Shown piece by piece: positions 1 to 8,023 of a stretch of 64,000 nucleotides of DNA. This DNA comes from a virus (taxonomy: Duplodnaviria > Caudoviricetes), in the IMG/VR virus record IMGVR_UViG_3300037067_003221, positions 64,001 to 128,000 of that record; one strand, written 5' to 3'. Each line of letters begins with the position of its first letter. The first letter of the stretch is position 1. The position numbers and the translations under genes were made by a program. The notes under the pieces are model-generated. The model saw nothing but the letters and a program-made list of their open reading frames with translations. It did no database searches and was not told the DNA's origin.

Positions 1-485
1 AATGTCGTTAAAGTCGAAAATCTTCATGTAATCACCACTACATCGACTAACCGCTCACCCTCTTCGAGTGGGATTTCGTCGTAATGCTCCGAGAGGATAC
101 CACGGGAATAAACGGAATCGGTCGATTCGATACGCCCGGCCAGCCGATATTCATGGTCAGGCGCAGGCAAAACGATAACCGGGTTGCCGGGGATGGACTG
201 CAAAGCTGCAATCAACTGATCTTTACGCATCGATTTCCACCTGTTCGAGAATGATAATGTCAAAATGCAAGTCACTAAGGAACTTATATTTGACAACCGC
301 TTCACCGTCTTGCAACCGAACTTCGATACTATCGTACTCTTCATACTGATAGTTCAAGCTGTTGCGGATAATCTGCTTGATGCCAGCCGAATTAACAGCA
401 TAGCCGTCAAGTATCTGATCGCTATTGTGGTCGCGTACAATGAAAATCATAATCAATTATACCTCATGTTTCCCGGTTTGTCAAA

Positions 486-567
486 TCGGCCTGCAAGGAA
501 TCGAACCTTGTGTGGGACTAGCCCAACAGATTTACAGTCTGCCGCCCGACCATCGAGCATCAAGCCG
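486..567 (-). tRNA. tRNA-Tyr(GTA), atypical (C1-G72, A8, long variable arm)
   Basis: RC cloverleaf: CGGCTTG/CAGGCCG acceptor, GCAGA-CTGTAAA-TCTGT anticodon arm, CAAGG-TTCGATT-CCTTG T arm; no encoded CCA. Confidence 0.85.
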
Positions 568-726
568 TCTTATTTTGTTCTTTCGCCTGCGCTTTGTAAT
601 AGGCCATGCGTTGCCGATAAGCCGACTTGCAACAATTACGCTTTCGATGTAGTGGGCGTAAGACACTGTTGCAAGTGGGGCAGCGCAGCACACCGCCAAC
701 AAATTTGCCCATCGGGTACTTGCCCA

Positions 727-981
727 TCATTTACTGTCCAGTTTGTTTTTGTATTCGTCGCGTTCGCGGCGGGTGGCTTCCAAGTCAAAGGCGATATACT
801 TCATATCGAGCCGCAATTGACCCAGAGCATCCTGTACAAGCGAAAGTATTCGCGTTCGGCGTTCGCTTGCTTCAATCAACTTTGCAACCAATGGGGTCAC
901 TTTCGCGGCGTATTGCGGCGGCAGTGTTTCGGCAACGGCGGCAAGTTCAATCAATGCTTCTTTCATGGTTTTCCCTTTCAT
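727..981 (-). CDS. Small conserved planctomycete-type coiled-coil protein (start may be the second Met at 966)
   Basis: RRTRILSLVQDALGQLRLDMKYIAFDLEATRRERD resembles a family I recall from Planctomycetota; directly behind a promoter. Confidence 0.7.
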   Translation of the reverse strand: MKGKTMKEALIELAAVAETLPPQYAAKVTPLVAKLIEASERRTRILSLVQDALGQLRLDMKYIAFDLEATRRERDEYKNKLDSK

Positions 982-985
982 TACA

Positions 986-1013
986 ATCTTACCACATTTT
1001 GCCCGGTTGTCAA
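986..1013 (-). promoter_or_regulatory. sigma70-type promoter
   Basis: RC TTGACA-16nt(ending TGTGG)-TAAGAT; same architecture as seven other minus-strand copies. Confidence 0.75.
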
Positions 1014-1287
1014 GTGGAATTTTCAGATTTCACTTTATCGGGGTCAATCGGCTGTGGGATAGTCTCGACCCCGACAGCTAGCACAATAATACTGCGCACG
1101 CGCGCCCGCGATAGCAACTTCTGTGCCAAACCTTATAGACCCCGACACATAGAATAATCATTTTAATCAATTCGACGGCCCAGAAAAATTGGAATAGTCG
1201 TTACAGATTGGCCGTTATAAATACACCCCACCCATCGAATCGATACAATCGGATATAGAAAAATTCAGAAAATTTTTAGAATAGCCC

Positions 1288-1315
1288 TTGACAAAAGCCG
1301 CAAGCATGGTATCCT
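1288..1315 (+). promoter_or_regulatory. sigma70-type promoter, plus strand, with no downstream ORF
   Basis: TTGACA-16nt(ending ATGG)-TATCCT. Confidence 0.55.
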
Positions 1316-1647
1316 TGTAATAGCTAGAATAGACGACGGCACAACCAGTAAAGACGGAAGTGCCGCCTGCCAATCATAAAAGTCTGTATAAAAGGCAGGA
1401 ACAGTCCTGACCCCGAATGTCAGATTCTACGAATCCGTTCGAGGTTTTTAGACCCTACATTGCGATTCAAAAAACTCCCCAGGTCAATTTTTCCGGGCGT
1501 TCCGCTACCAGCCGGTGGCGGCAGCATTTCCGCGACTTCGACCGTGGTTTCTGGACAGAAAAAATGCCGGTGTCGCATCGCTAACTCAACCATTTTAATT
1601 TGATGTGGCATCAATTTAATCATCATTTTCCCTTAGCGCAAAATTTA

Positions 1648-1670
1648 GGCCGGGCGATTAAGTCCCGGCC
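1648..1670 (-). terminator. GC-rich hairpin, possible terminator
   Basis: GGCCGGG..CCCGGCC inverted repeat in an intergenic gap. Confidence 0.4.
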
Positions 1671-1711
1671 AAGCATATCACAGGGTCAAGTCGAAATCGT
1701 AGCAATCCGAA

Positions 1712-2125
1712 TTAACAAGACCACGGTATAGCGTCATAAGTTAATGATTCTTTGACCGTAACACGTTCTAAGAATCCGGGTGCAGTGTCATAAAGCCGAC
1801 TATAATCAGGGTGAGCAACACCCCTAGCCGCTTGCACCGTGGCGGCAACGTCAGCATGAAGCAAATCTTCTTGCGACAAAATCACAACAGACCGATCTTC
1901 CACTTCCAAGTATTTATTGGCTCGGTGGCCTGTCGCCGGTCGAATCAAACATTTCACTTTGTTCTTGCCCGCGACCGCGCAAGCATGAAGCACTTGTTGA
2001 AACGAACCATTCCAAATCAAATACACATTCACATGCTCAGGAATTGGATACTGAACAACTTGCTTGATGGTGGTAATACCATGAGGCTCTTTCGACATTC
2101 TTCTACTTCTCGGCTTTCCGTTCAA
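1712..2125 (-). CDS. hypothetical protein
   Basis: ORF on the dominant coding strand, packed with neighbours. Confidence 0.55.
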   Translation of the reverse strand: MNGKPRSRRMSKEPHGITTIKQVVQYPIPEHVNVYLIWNGSFQQVLHACAVAGKNKVKCLIRPATGHRANKYLEVEDRSVVILSQEDLLHADVAATVQAARGVAHPDYSRLYDTAPGFLERVTVKESLTYDAIPWSC

Positions 2126-2447
2126 ATGATAAATGATGAATAAAACACACTTCCAAGCGCGTTAAGGTATGGGCATATTTAGTTCGGCCCGACTTTGGGC
2201 ACCCTAATAAAACCCTCCCCATGCCGCGAATATAATACGCCAGCATCGCGGCCTAGCGTAATGACTTGATCGAGGGCTTTTCCAAAAGCCATCTTTGCCT
2301 CTTGAACAAATTGCTCTTTAAGGTCGTTTTCACACACCCAAAATTGCACCGAATTATCTTCGTAGATTTTCGACCAACGCCATTTTGAAAGGCGCGGTTT
2401 GGGCATCGGTTTCGTACAAGCAATAGTTTGAATCCAGTGGAGCATGG

Positions 2448-2684
2448 TTAAATGTAAATATAATCCCGATGAATTTTTTGCGGGAAGCATTTTCGCGGGT
2501 CCAAGAATGCGTCTCGATAGTCCATAGCGTCACTCTCGGTATCGAACAACTTTACTTTGGGGTTGTTGATACCCGTAGGTTCAAGTTCGCCATTTTTCAA
2601 CAGCCACTTAACACCTAAACCGACTTCGCCATTTTCATCCACAGGGTTGTATTGCGTAGCAATAGCCCAATAAAATTCGTTCAT
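2448..2684 (-). CDS. hypothetical protein
   Basis: ATGA overlap with upstream ORF 2681..2998. Confidence 0.6.
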   Translation of the reverse strand: MNEFYWAIATQYNPVDENGEVGLGVKWLLKNGELEPTGINNPKVKLFDTESDAMDYRDAFLDPRKCFPQKIHRDYIYI

Positions 2685-2998
2685 GCTGGTACGTCCTTAA
2701 ACCAATATCTCCGTTTATCGTAAGTCAAATCAGCTAGGATGTACTCAATCCTAGCGTACACTGCATCGTTCGGCAAGTCGGCCCGTGCCCGACGTTCGGC
2801 TTCCAACATGGCATCCCTATTAGCCGCTTCGAGATTTACACACTCGCGGCTTTCGTAATTCCAAAACAGGAATCGTTTCATAACTCGTTCATACCGATAG
2901 TCCGGTATAACCTCAGTCATACGTTGAATGCAGCCAAAACGATGTTTGACATACACTTCAATCACTTGCAACAATTCTGTTCGTAGATGCTCATTCAT
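2681..2998 (-). CDS. hypothetical protein directly downstream of Ro60
   Basis: Starts 1 nt after the Ro60 stop. Confidence 0.65.
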   Translation of the reverse strand: MNEHLRTELLQVIEVYVKHRFGCIQRMTEVIPDYRYERVMKRFLFWNYESRECVNLEAANRDAMLEAERRARADLPNDAVYARIEYILADLTYDKRRYWFKDVPA

Positions 2999-2999
2999 G

Positions 3000-4595
3000 T
3001 TAGTTCCTTACAAAGTCTGCCATAACAGCCGGGCAGGCGGCATCAAAGCCGACAACATCCAACATCCCGGCATCATTCGGATCAGCAATAGTGAATCCAG
3101 TCGCCGTGGTCCCGGCCACGATCAACTTGGCGTTAATGCCCATTTTCTGACGGTATTGCGTCAAGGCTTGGCATGGGTGAATATCACCCGACCACGTTTC
3201 ATTATCGGTATAGATAATGAAAGCATCAACTTCAATTTTATTCTCCGCTGCGTACAGCATCGGAAGGGCACAATCAGTGCGGGACATTCTGATCGACTTA
3301 ATCAAGGCAATCACTTCGCTCAATCGAGAGCAACGGTTAATGTCCATCGGACTAATACCCCCGGAAAACGCCGTAACCAGCGTTTGCGGCTCAGTCTTAG
3401 TCGTAACCATCGACATGCAAGCCGACACATCCCTAGCAGAGAGATTCGTATTGGCTACACGCTGGCTACCCATCGAACCCGATACGTCAAGGGCAACCAT
3501 GTGCCGCTTGCCAGTCGGTTCAACTGCATCGAAAGACGCATAAAACGCATCTTCCAATGCCGCCGTAATTTGAGTTACAGGGGTCCAAGTCAATGCACCA
3601 CGGAAACCGTGGCCTTGACGATAGGTGTCTTGTGCAAGCAAGATCGACAACGGATGCACGCGCGCCCGCTTCAAATCTTCCATATTCATTAGGTGTCGGC
3701 ACACCAAATTGGTTGCAGCCGACAGCGGCTTCAATAGCCCGATGCTGGACAACTTGCCGAGATTGCGAATCAAGGCAGTGGGCGGCATGTGGGGCAGCAA
3801 TTCTTCCCAAATGACCGTGCTATTAAGCAACGTATTCGGAACATGCTCGAACGACATTTGATACTTGCGAATTAAATCCGCAGCCTTACGTTCGTCGCCG
3901 GGTCCGAGTTTTTGAATTGCTTCAAACCCTTCAACGATTGCCAAAGGCGAGTTAGCAGGGATGCAAGGAATACTGCCACCCTGAGTCAGATACTTGTATA
4001 GGGCGTTTCGCACATCGCTATTGGTCCGTGGGTGCGACAGCCGCAGCGCATCGCGGTGCGTATAACCTTCACGGTTACGATACTTCGTAACTTGATAGGC
4101 CAGCCGCTCTATTGGCATAACGTCATACCAAGTGGCAACTGCATTACGCAGACCACGGCCCCAACCACGCATTTCCTTACACGCTCCGATGAATTGGAAT
4201 AAGTGCGTCGGAATACGGCACACGGTCGATAGGTGGTGCAGAGCATGGCTACGGGCAACATTGTCGCCGTGACTTGCCACAAGGGCAAGAGCGAAGATTG
4301 CCGCATCGTTCTTAGGTGCCCGGCCAGCCGAACTAATACCGGCAATAGTCTTAACCGTGCGAGACGAATCGACGGCGGCACATTCCAACACGACCTTAGC
4401 ATTATCCACAGTCATCGGGCGTTCGCCAACATAATACGAACCGCCCTCGCATCCGAGAATCAAGAACCGTTCAAGACGGGTCCAAATATCCGTTGCGAAA
4501 ACAAATCCGCCAGCGTTATTTTTGACCTGTTCGCGGCCAAAGATAGCTTGCGATTGCGAAGTTTTGCGAGACGAAACATGCTGTGCGTAACTCAT
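3000..4595 (-). CDS. rsr: Ro60/Rsr RNA-binding protein (TROVE + vWA)
   Basis: QVKNNAGGFVF, RLERFLILGCEGGSYY, KYRNREGYTHRDALRLSHP, ALIRNLGK, vWA MIDAS DVSGSM, TDCALPM, YTDNETW, IADPNDAGMLDVVGFD; true start MSYAQH at 4595 with GGAGAA RBS. Confidence 0.97.
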   Translation of the reverse strand: MSYAQHVSSRKTSQSQAIFGREQVKNNAGGFVFATDIWTRLERFLILGCEGGSYYVGERPMTVDNAKVVLECAAVDSSRTVKTIAGISSAGRAPKNDAAIFALALVASHGDNVARSHALHHLSTVCRIPTHLFQFIGACKEMRGWGRGLRNAVATWYDVMPIERLAYQVTKYRNREGYTHRDALRLSHPRTNSDVRNALYKYLTQGGSIPCIPANSPLAIVEGFEAIQKLGPGDERKAADLIRKYQMSFEHVPNTLLNSTVIWEELLPHMPPTALIRNLGKLSSIGLLKPLSAATNLVCRHLMNMEDLKRARVHPLSILLAQDTYRQGHGFRGALTWTPVTQITAALEDAFYASFDAVEPTGKRHMVALDVSGSMGSQRVANTNLSARDVSACMSMVTTKTEPQTLVTAFSGGISPMDINRCSRLSEVIALIKSIRMSRTDCALPMLYAAENKIEVDAFIIYTDNETWSGDIHPCQALTQYRQKMGINAKLIVAGTTATGFTIADPNDAGMLDVVGFDAACPAVMADFVRN

Positions 4596-4615
4596 TCTTT
4601 TCTCCAAATTAAAAA

Positions 4616-4679
4616 TTAGGCAAGTTAGTGGAATGGGGTGCTTCAAAACCAAATTGATAACCCATCCCGTTCGGCCCAA
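4616..4679 (-). ncRNA. Mini Y RNA-like element immediately upstream of Ro60
   Basis: RC TTGGGC-C-GA pairs with TT-GCCTAA (bulged-C Ro-binding helix); GGGATGGG/CCCATTCC upper stem followed by TTATC; inner TCAA-TTTGGTT-TTGA hairpin. Confidence 0.8.
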
Positions 4680-4689
4680 ATCACACTCA

Positions 4690-5055
4690 CTACCAGTCCA
4701 TGCGGAACGAACCAAAATTGGTGTCGATCAGCATTTCTTTGAATTGATCTTCGGTCATTGCGGCATCTTCCGGTTCGTCATGGACGAAATTCAAGAAGAA
4801 TACCCAATCATACACTTGATACCGTTCGTAATCATACGGCAAGCAAGCATCAACCCACTCACCAATTTTACCATATTCGCCCTTATGGATAACCCAAGGG
4901 GCTTTCTTCTTATCGCAAAATTGTTTCCAAACTTCAAACCGTTCGGCTAACGGGAGCGACGTATCTGTTACATACTCCCGAAGTGCGGGCTGTACATACT
5001 TATGGTACTTCTCATTGTCTTGCAAGTGCGTAATAATCTCAGTAATTTGACTCAT
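4690..5055 (-). CDS. hypothetical protein inside the Ro60 ncRNA cluster
   Basis: 121-aa ORF with GGAGAA RBS. Confidence 0.7.
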   Translation of the reverse strand: MSQITEIITHLQDNEKYHKYVQPALREYVTDTSLPLAERFEVWKQFCDKKKAPWVIHKGEYGKIGEWVDACLPYDYERYQVYDWVFFLNFVHDEPEDAAMTEDQFKEMLIDTNFGSFRMDW

Positions 5056-5079
5056 ACGTTCTCCAAAAGGTAAATAAGT

Positions 5080-5153
5080 GACTTGGCAGTTGCGCGACGA
5101 CTGCGTTTCCCCGGTGCTACCAGGGCTTTCTTAACGTCATTGAAATACAAGTC
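5080..5153 (-). ncRNA. tRNA-sized multibranch structured RNA candidate
   Basis: RC GACTTG/CAAGTC closing stem with CCCTGGT/ACCGGGG and GCAGT/ACTGC hairpins. Confidence 0.4.
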
Positions 5154-5155
5154 TT

Positions 5156-5219
5156 TGCGGACTAGGTATGTCGATAGGGGGCATCATTAACAGTGATAAC
5201 CTATCAACCTCGGCCCGCA
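5156..5219 (-). ncRNA. Mini Y RNA-like element 2
   Basis: RC TGCGGGC-CGAG...CTA-GTCCGCA lower stem, GTTGATAGG/CCTATCGAC upper stem, then TTATC; inner ATCA-CTGTTAA-TGAT hairpin. Confidence 0.75.
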
Positions 5220-5225
5220 CAAACA

Positions 5226-5299
5226 GGGATACATTTGGGACTTGCACCCAATCCTACGTATTCTTCTCTACGTCGCTCTACTACTAAGCCAATATATCC
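5226..5299 (-). ncRNA. Degenerate tRNA-like RNA (no valid anticodon loop)
   Basis: RC GGATATAT/ATGTATCC acceptor, D arm, ACGTA-GAGAAGAA-TACGT (8-nt purine loop), TTGGG-TGCAAGT-CCCAA T arm. Confidence 0.65.
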
Positions 5300-5330
5300 G
5301 GGGACTCTATAGCGTCCCGCACAAAAGGGT

Positions 5331-5463
5331 TGGGCGTGAATGGGACTCGAACCCATACTGTTCCTTTGATAATGGATAACGCTTTACCGTCGGCCCGCGA
5401 TATACTCAGCCGGGCAAAAGGTGGCAAAACGGTTTAACGTGCTGCCATTACACTATCACGCCC
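5331..5463 (-). ncRNA. tRNA scaffold whose anticodon arm is replaced by a permuted Y-RNA (Ro-binding) stem
   Basis: RC GGGCGTGA/TCACGCCC acceptor, GTGT-AATGGC-AGCAC D arm, ATGGG-TTCGAGT-CCCAT T arm; insert AACCGTTTTGCC..TTGCCCG-loop-CGGGC-C-GA-CGGTAAAGCGTTATC. Confidence 0.8.
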
Positions 5464-5473
5464 ATAAATTCAA

Positions 5474-5773
5474 TTACTGTAACTGCTGTTTAGCTTGTGT
5501 TAACGCAGCAGCTTTCTGGTGATTCAATACCGCAAGCCGAATATCTTCATATTCAAACCCACTAATATACCCGTCGTCCATTGCAGTTTTTACTAGTTGC
5601 TGAACACAGGGATTATTGTCGCGTAATACTCGCACTTCATTGTAGCGATCGGATGAAATTTCTAGGCTCTGCTCGAATGAAATCAAACCAATAATCAACG
5701 CAACGATCCACAGACTGATTAAATTAAATACACTCTCTAAAATCGCGTCCAGAGACTTAAAAATTTTATTCAT
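5474..5773 (-). CDS. hypothetical membrane protein (start MNKIFK; the ORF-track extension runs into a tRNA)
   Basis: Hydrophobic segment; AAAGG RBS. Confidence 0.6.
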   Translation of the reverse strand: MNKIFKSLDAILESVFNLISLWIVALIIGLISFEQSLEISSDRYNEVRVLRDNNPCVQQLVKTAMDDGYISGFEYEDIRLAVLNHQKAAALTQAKQQLQ

Positions 5774-5800
5774 TTTTTGCTCAACCTTTCTTAAATTCAG

Positions 5801-5884
5801 TACCGAAGGTGGGAGTCGAACCCACACGGTCCTTCGACCACTGGTTTCTAAGACCAGCGCGGCTTCCAGTTACGCCACTTCGGC
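5801..5884 (-). tRNA. tRNA-Leu(TAG)
   Basis: RC GCCGAAG/CTTCGGT-A, CTGGT-CTTAGAA-ACCAG, long variable arm, GGTTCGACTCC. Confidence 0.95.
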
Positions 5885-5891
5885 TCATAAG

Positions 5892-5975
5892 TACCGGAAG
5901 AGGGACTCGAACCCACACGGCCTTTCGACCCCCTGCTCTTGAGGCAGGCGCGGCTCCCAATTACGCCATTCCGGC
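5892..5975 (-). tRNA. tRNA-Leu(CAA)
   Basis: RC GCCGGAA/TTCCGGT-A, CCTGC-CTCAAGA-GCAGG, long variable arm. Confidence 0.95.
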
Positions 5976-6131
5976 AAAATCTAAGTTCAACTAAATACCC
6001 AGTACAGGAATGCAACGCCTGCCATATCAAACAGAAACGTCTGCACAACAATGGCCGGAGCATTTACATCTTGGATAGCACTAATAAGGCCGCTCATTAA
6101 AAATGCTTCCAATAGTACAAATACTAACAAT

Positions 6132-6284
6132 CTAATCTTCTTTCTTGTCATCGCTGATACCCTTCTTAAACTCCGTGATACTCTGTCCCAATGACCGCAT
6201 CACAGTAGGTAGGCGGTTGCCGAACAACATGAAGGCAATCAGGGCCACAACCAACCAATGGAACATGCTAAAACCACCCATCAT
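6132..6284 (-). CDS. tatA: Twin-arginine translocase subunit TatA (50 aa; missing from the ORF track)
   Basis: MMGGFSMFHWLVVALIAFMLFGNRLPTVMRSLGQSITEFKKGISDDKKED: TM helix, FG hinge, amphipathic LP..MRSLG....FKKG; GGGAG RBS. Confidence 0.93.
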   Translation of the reverse strand: MMGGFSMFHWLVVALIAFMLFGNRLPTVMRSLGQSITEFKKGISDDKKED

Positions 6285-6305
6285 AAACTCCCGTTGTAAA
6301 TTTCC

Positions 6306-6446
6306 GTCAGTCCAACCCGCCTACTCACGACCGCTTCCTAACGACTAATTCAAGCCGCATCGTCACAAGTCGCCCTTAGCTCTTACAGCAAACCACCCAT
6401 GAGAGTTGCTCGTCGTAGCTGACTCTCCCCCTCGGCGGGTGCCGAC
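6306..6446 (-). ncRNA. GC-rich structured intergenic RNA candidate upstream of tatA
   Basis: ORF-free 140 nt closed by GTC..CCCGCC/GGCGGG..GAC, internal AGCAA/TTGCT hairpin. Confidence 0.35.
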
Positions 6447-6629
6447 TACTCCTCAGTGACCTTAACTGGCCCCCGCTCCTCCATGAGTGAGATTAACGCT
6501 TCCAATGAACTACCCGTACAACGGGCGGCAAAGTTTGGTGTTGCTTCCACCATCACCCCGTTTTCAACAGTGGCGTGAACATCCATACGTGCGTTTTCCA
6601 AGTGCCATTTCTGAATCATCTGGTTTCCT

Positions 6630-6956
6630 CTAAAAGGTTTCATCAAGGTATTCTTCGACTAGCGAATCGTAAACAGCTTCTCCACAGGCGAGGCTTTCAA
6701 TGGCAAGTCGCAAAGCGAATTTGTCCAGAGTAAAGCCGTGCGATACAATCCACTTACGGTCGATTCGGCTACCACTTCTATGCCAGAAGCACAGAACCTC
6801 GGCATCCGTAATATCCACTTCGGGCGGTACGGGTGCTTCCCACGAATTATCGCGGTAACGCTGTGCCTTTTGGCCGGGCCGCACTTTGAAGGTTAAGTCA
6901 ACTTCAAAGCAGTTGCCCGTGTCATAGTCGGTAAGTTTTGCGTAAGTGTGACTCAT
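6630..6956 (-). CDS. hypothetical protein (probably leaderless)
   Basis: ATG 6 nt downstream of TATAAT. Confidence 0.7.
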   Translation of the reverse strand: MSHTYAKLTDYDTGNCFEVDLTFKVRPGQKAQRYRDNSWEAPVPPEVDITDAEVLCFWHRSGSRIDRKWIVSHGFTLDKFALRLAIESLACGEAVYDSLVEEYLDETF

Positions 6957-6962
6957 ATCTTA

Positions 6963-6990
6963 ATTATACACTATTTTTCGGGGTTGTCAA
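6963..6990 (-). promoter_or_regulatory. sigma70-type promoter
   Basis: RC TTGACA-16nt-TATAAT. Confidence 0.85.
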
Positions 6991-7201
6991 ATGGATTTTT
7001 AATAATTCCGGCTTGTTGCCGCCAAAAGCCAATCTCACGCAGCAATTCTTGACCATGATCGGCCTGAATCTGAGGCCACATGGCTGTGCCGCCAGGGTCA
7101 CACTGCAAACAAATCATCACTTGGCGACCGACGTTTGTGATTGCTTCGTCGCTGGCAAGCGGAAGCGAATCATGTATCAGTCCATAGTCTTTAATGTCCA
7201 T
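6971..7201 (-). CDS. hypothetical protein (probably leaderless)
   Basis: ATG 5 nt downstream of TATAGT. Confidence 0.65.
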   Translation of the reverse strand: MDIKDYGLIHDSLPLASDEAITNVGRQVMICLQCDPGGTAMWPQIQADHGQELLREIGFWRQQAGIIKNPFDNPEK

Positions 7202-7206
7202 ATTAA

Positions 7207-7234
7207 ACTATACCACAGTTTTCTGACTTGTCAA
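7207..7234 (-). promoter_or_regulatory. sigma70-type promoter
   Basis: RC TTGACA-16nt(TGTGG)-TATAGT. Confidence 0.85.
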
Positions 7235-8023
7235 GTGGAATTGCCACAGATTGTCCAAATAATCCTATACCCCTACCATTGACGGTTGGGTAGTACCATG
7301 TATGATTACGATTCTGGTACTGTATAGTGCCCAGAGTATTCACGCCAATTTTCAACTCGCGTATAAGGAACAACCCCACAATCGAGGAACAAGTCAAAAA
7401 ACGAACCACTTCATCGTTGATGATGAATTTGAATATGTACCCGGCAGCCGGTCGCCCACGTATATCCACGCCAATATCCATAATAGAATGTTCGCCCAGA
7501 TAAGTCACCGTCAGGGTTTTACCCCACGATTCATGGAGATTGTTGCCATTGTGCATCAAGTAATCCCCGCGATGGGGATTGTCAATCACTGAGTTACCGA
7601 CTGATAAATAGCGCATATTAGTCCAGGTGAAAAATGGCTTTGAGAGCCATGCCAAGTCCCGTGGCTACCGACATTGCAAATGCAACGCCAACGATTCCAA
7701 GCAGCCACTTGAAAATAATTTTGTAGTTGTCAATTACCGCAGTAATCAACAATCCTAACAACCCAAGAAACCCGATCAGAAACACTAACGCCGGGAATCC
7801 AATCTGCATACATTGAAAATAGTATTGCATTACAATGTTCTCCAAATCCAATCAGGCCAGCCAAGCATAATGTGAAATAGTTGATTGGATGTAAGTGTGT
7901 CGTGCCACAGGACGTGATTAAGTATCCGCGCGACAAAGTATCCCGTACCAAGGTAAAAGGCCGCTACCAGCCCCAAGCCAAAGGCACCACTAGCAAGTGC
8001 CTTGGCTATTTCTTTCAACTGGT

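Noticed and set aside
265-1062. 265-aa plus-strand ORF, and similar antisense ORFs such as 2928..3692, 22883..23548 and 28158..28997
   Set aside because: Shadow frames opposite real genes or tRNAs, with no motifs
1420-1626. Terminase or helicase N-terminal fragment (LMPHQ)
   Set aside because: Only 68 aa with no Walker A; insufficient evidence
4596-4715. N-terminal 40-aa extension of Ro60 in the ORF track
   Set aside because: It overlaps the Y-like RNA and the upstream gene's stop; a good RBS precedes the ATG at 4595
5080-5153. Possible hammerhead or pistol ribozyme
   Set aside because: A GAAAC follows a stem, but the CUGANGA core and the pistol pseudoknot are missing
5331-5463. Intron-containing tRNA
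   Set aside because: The insert is too short for a group I/II intron, shows no clear bulge-helix-bulge, leaves no proper anticodon arm on removal, and matches the Y motif instead
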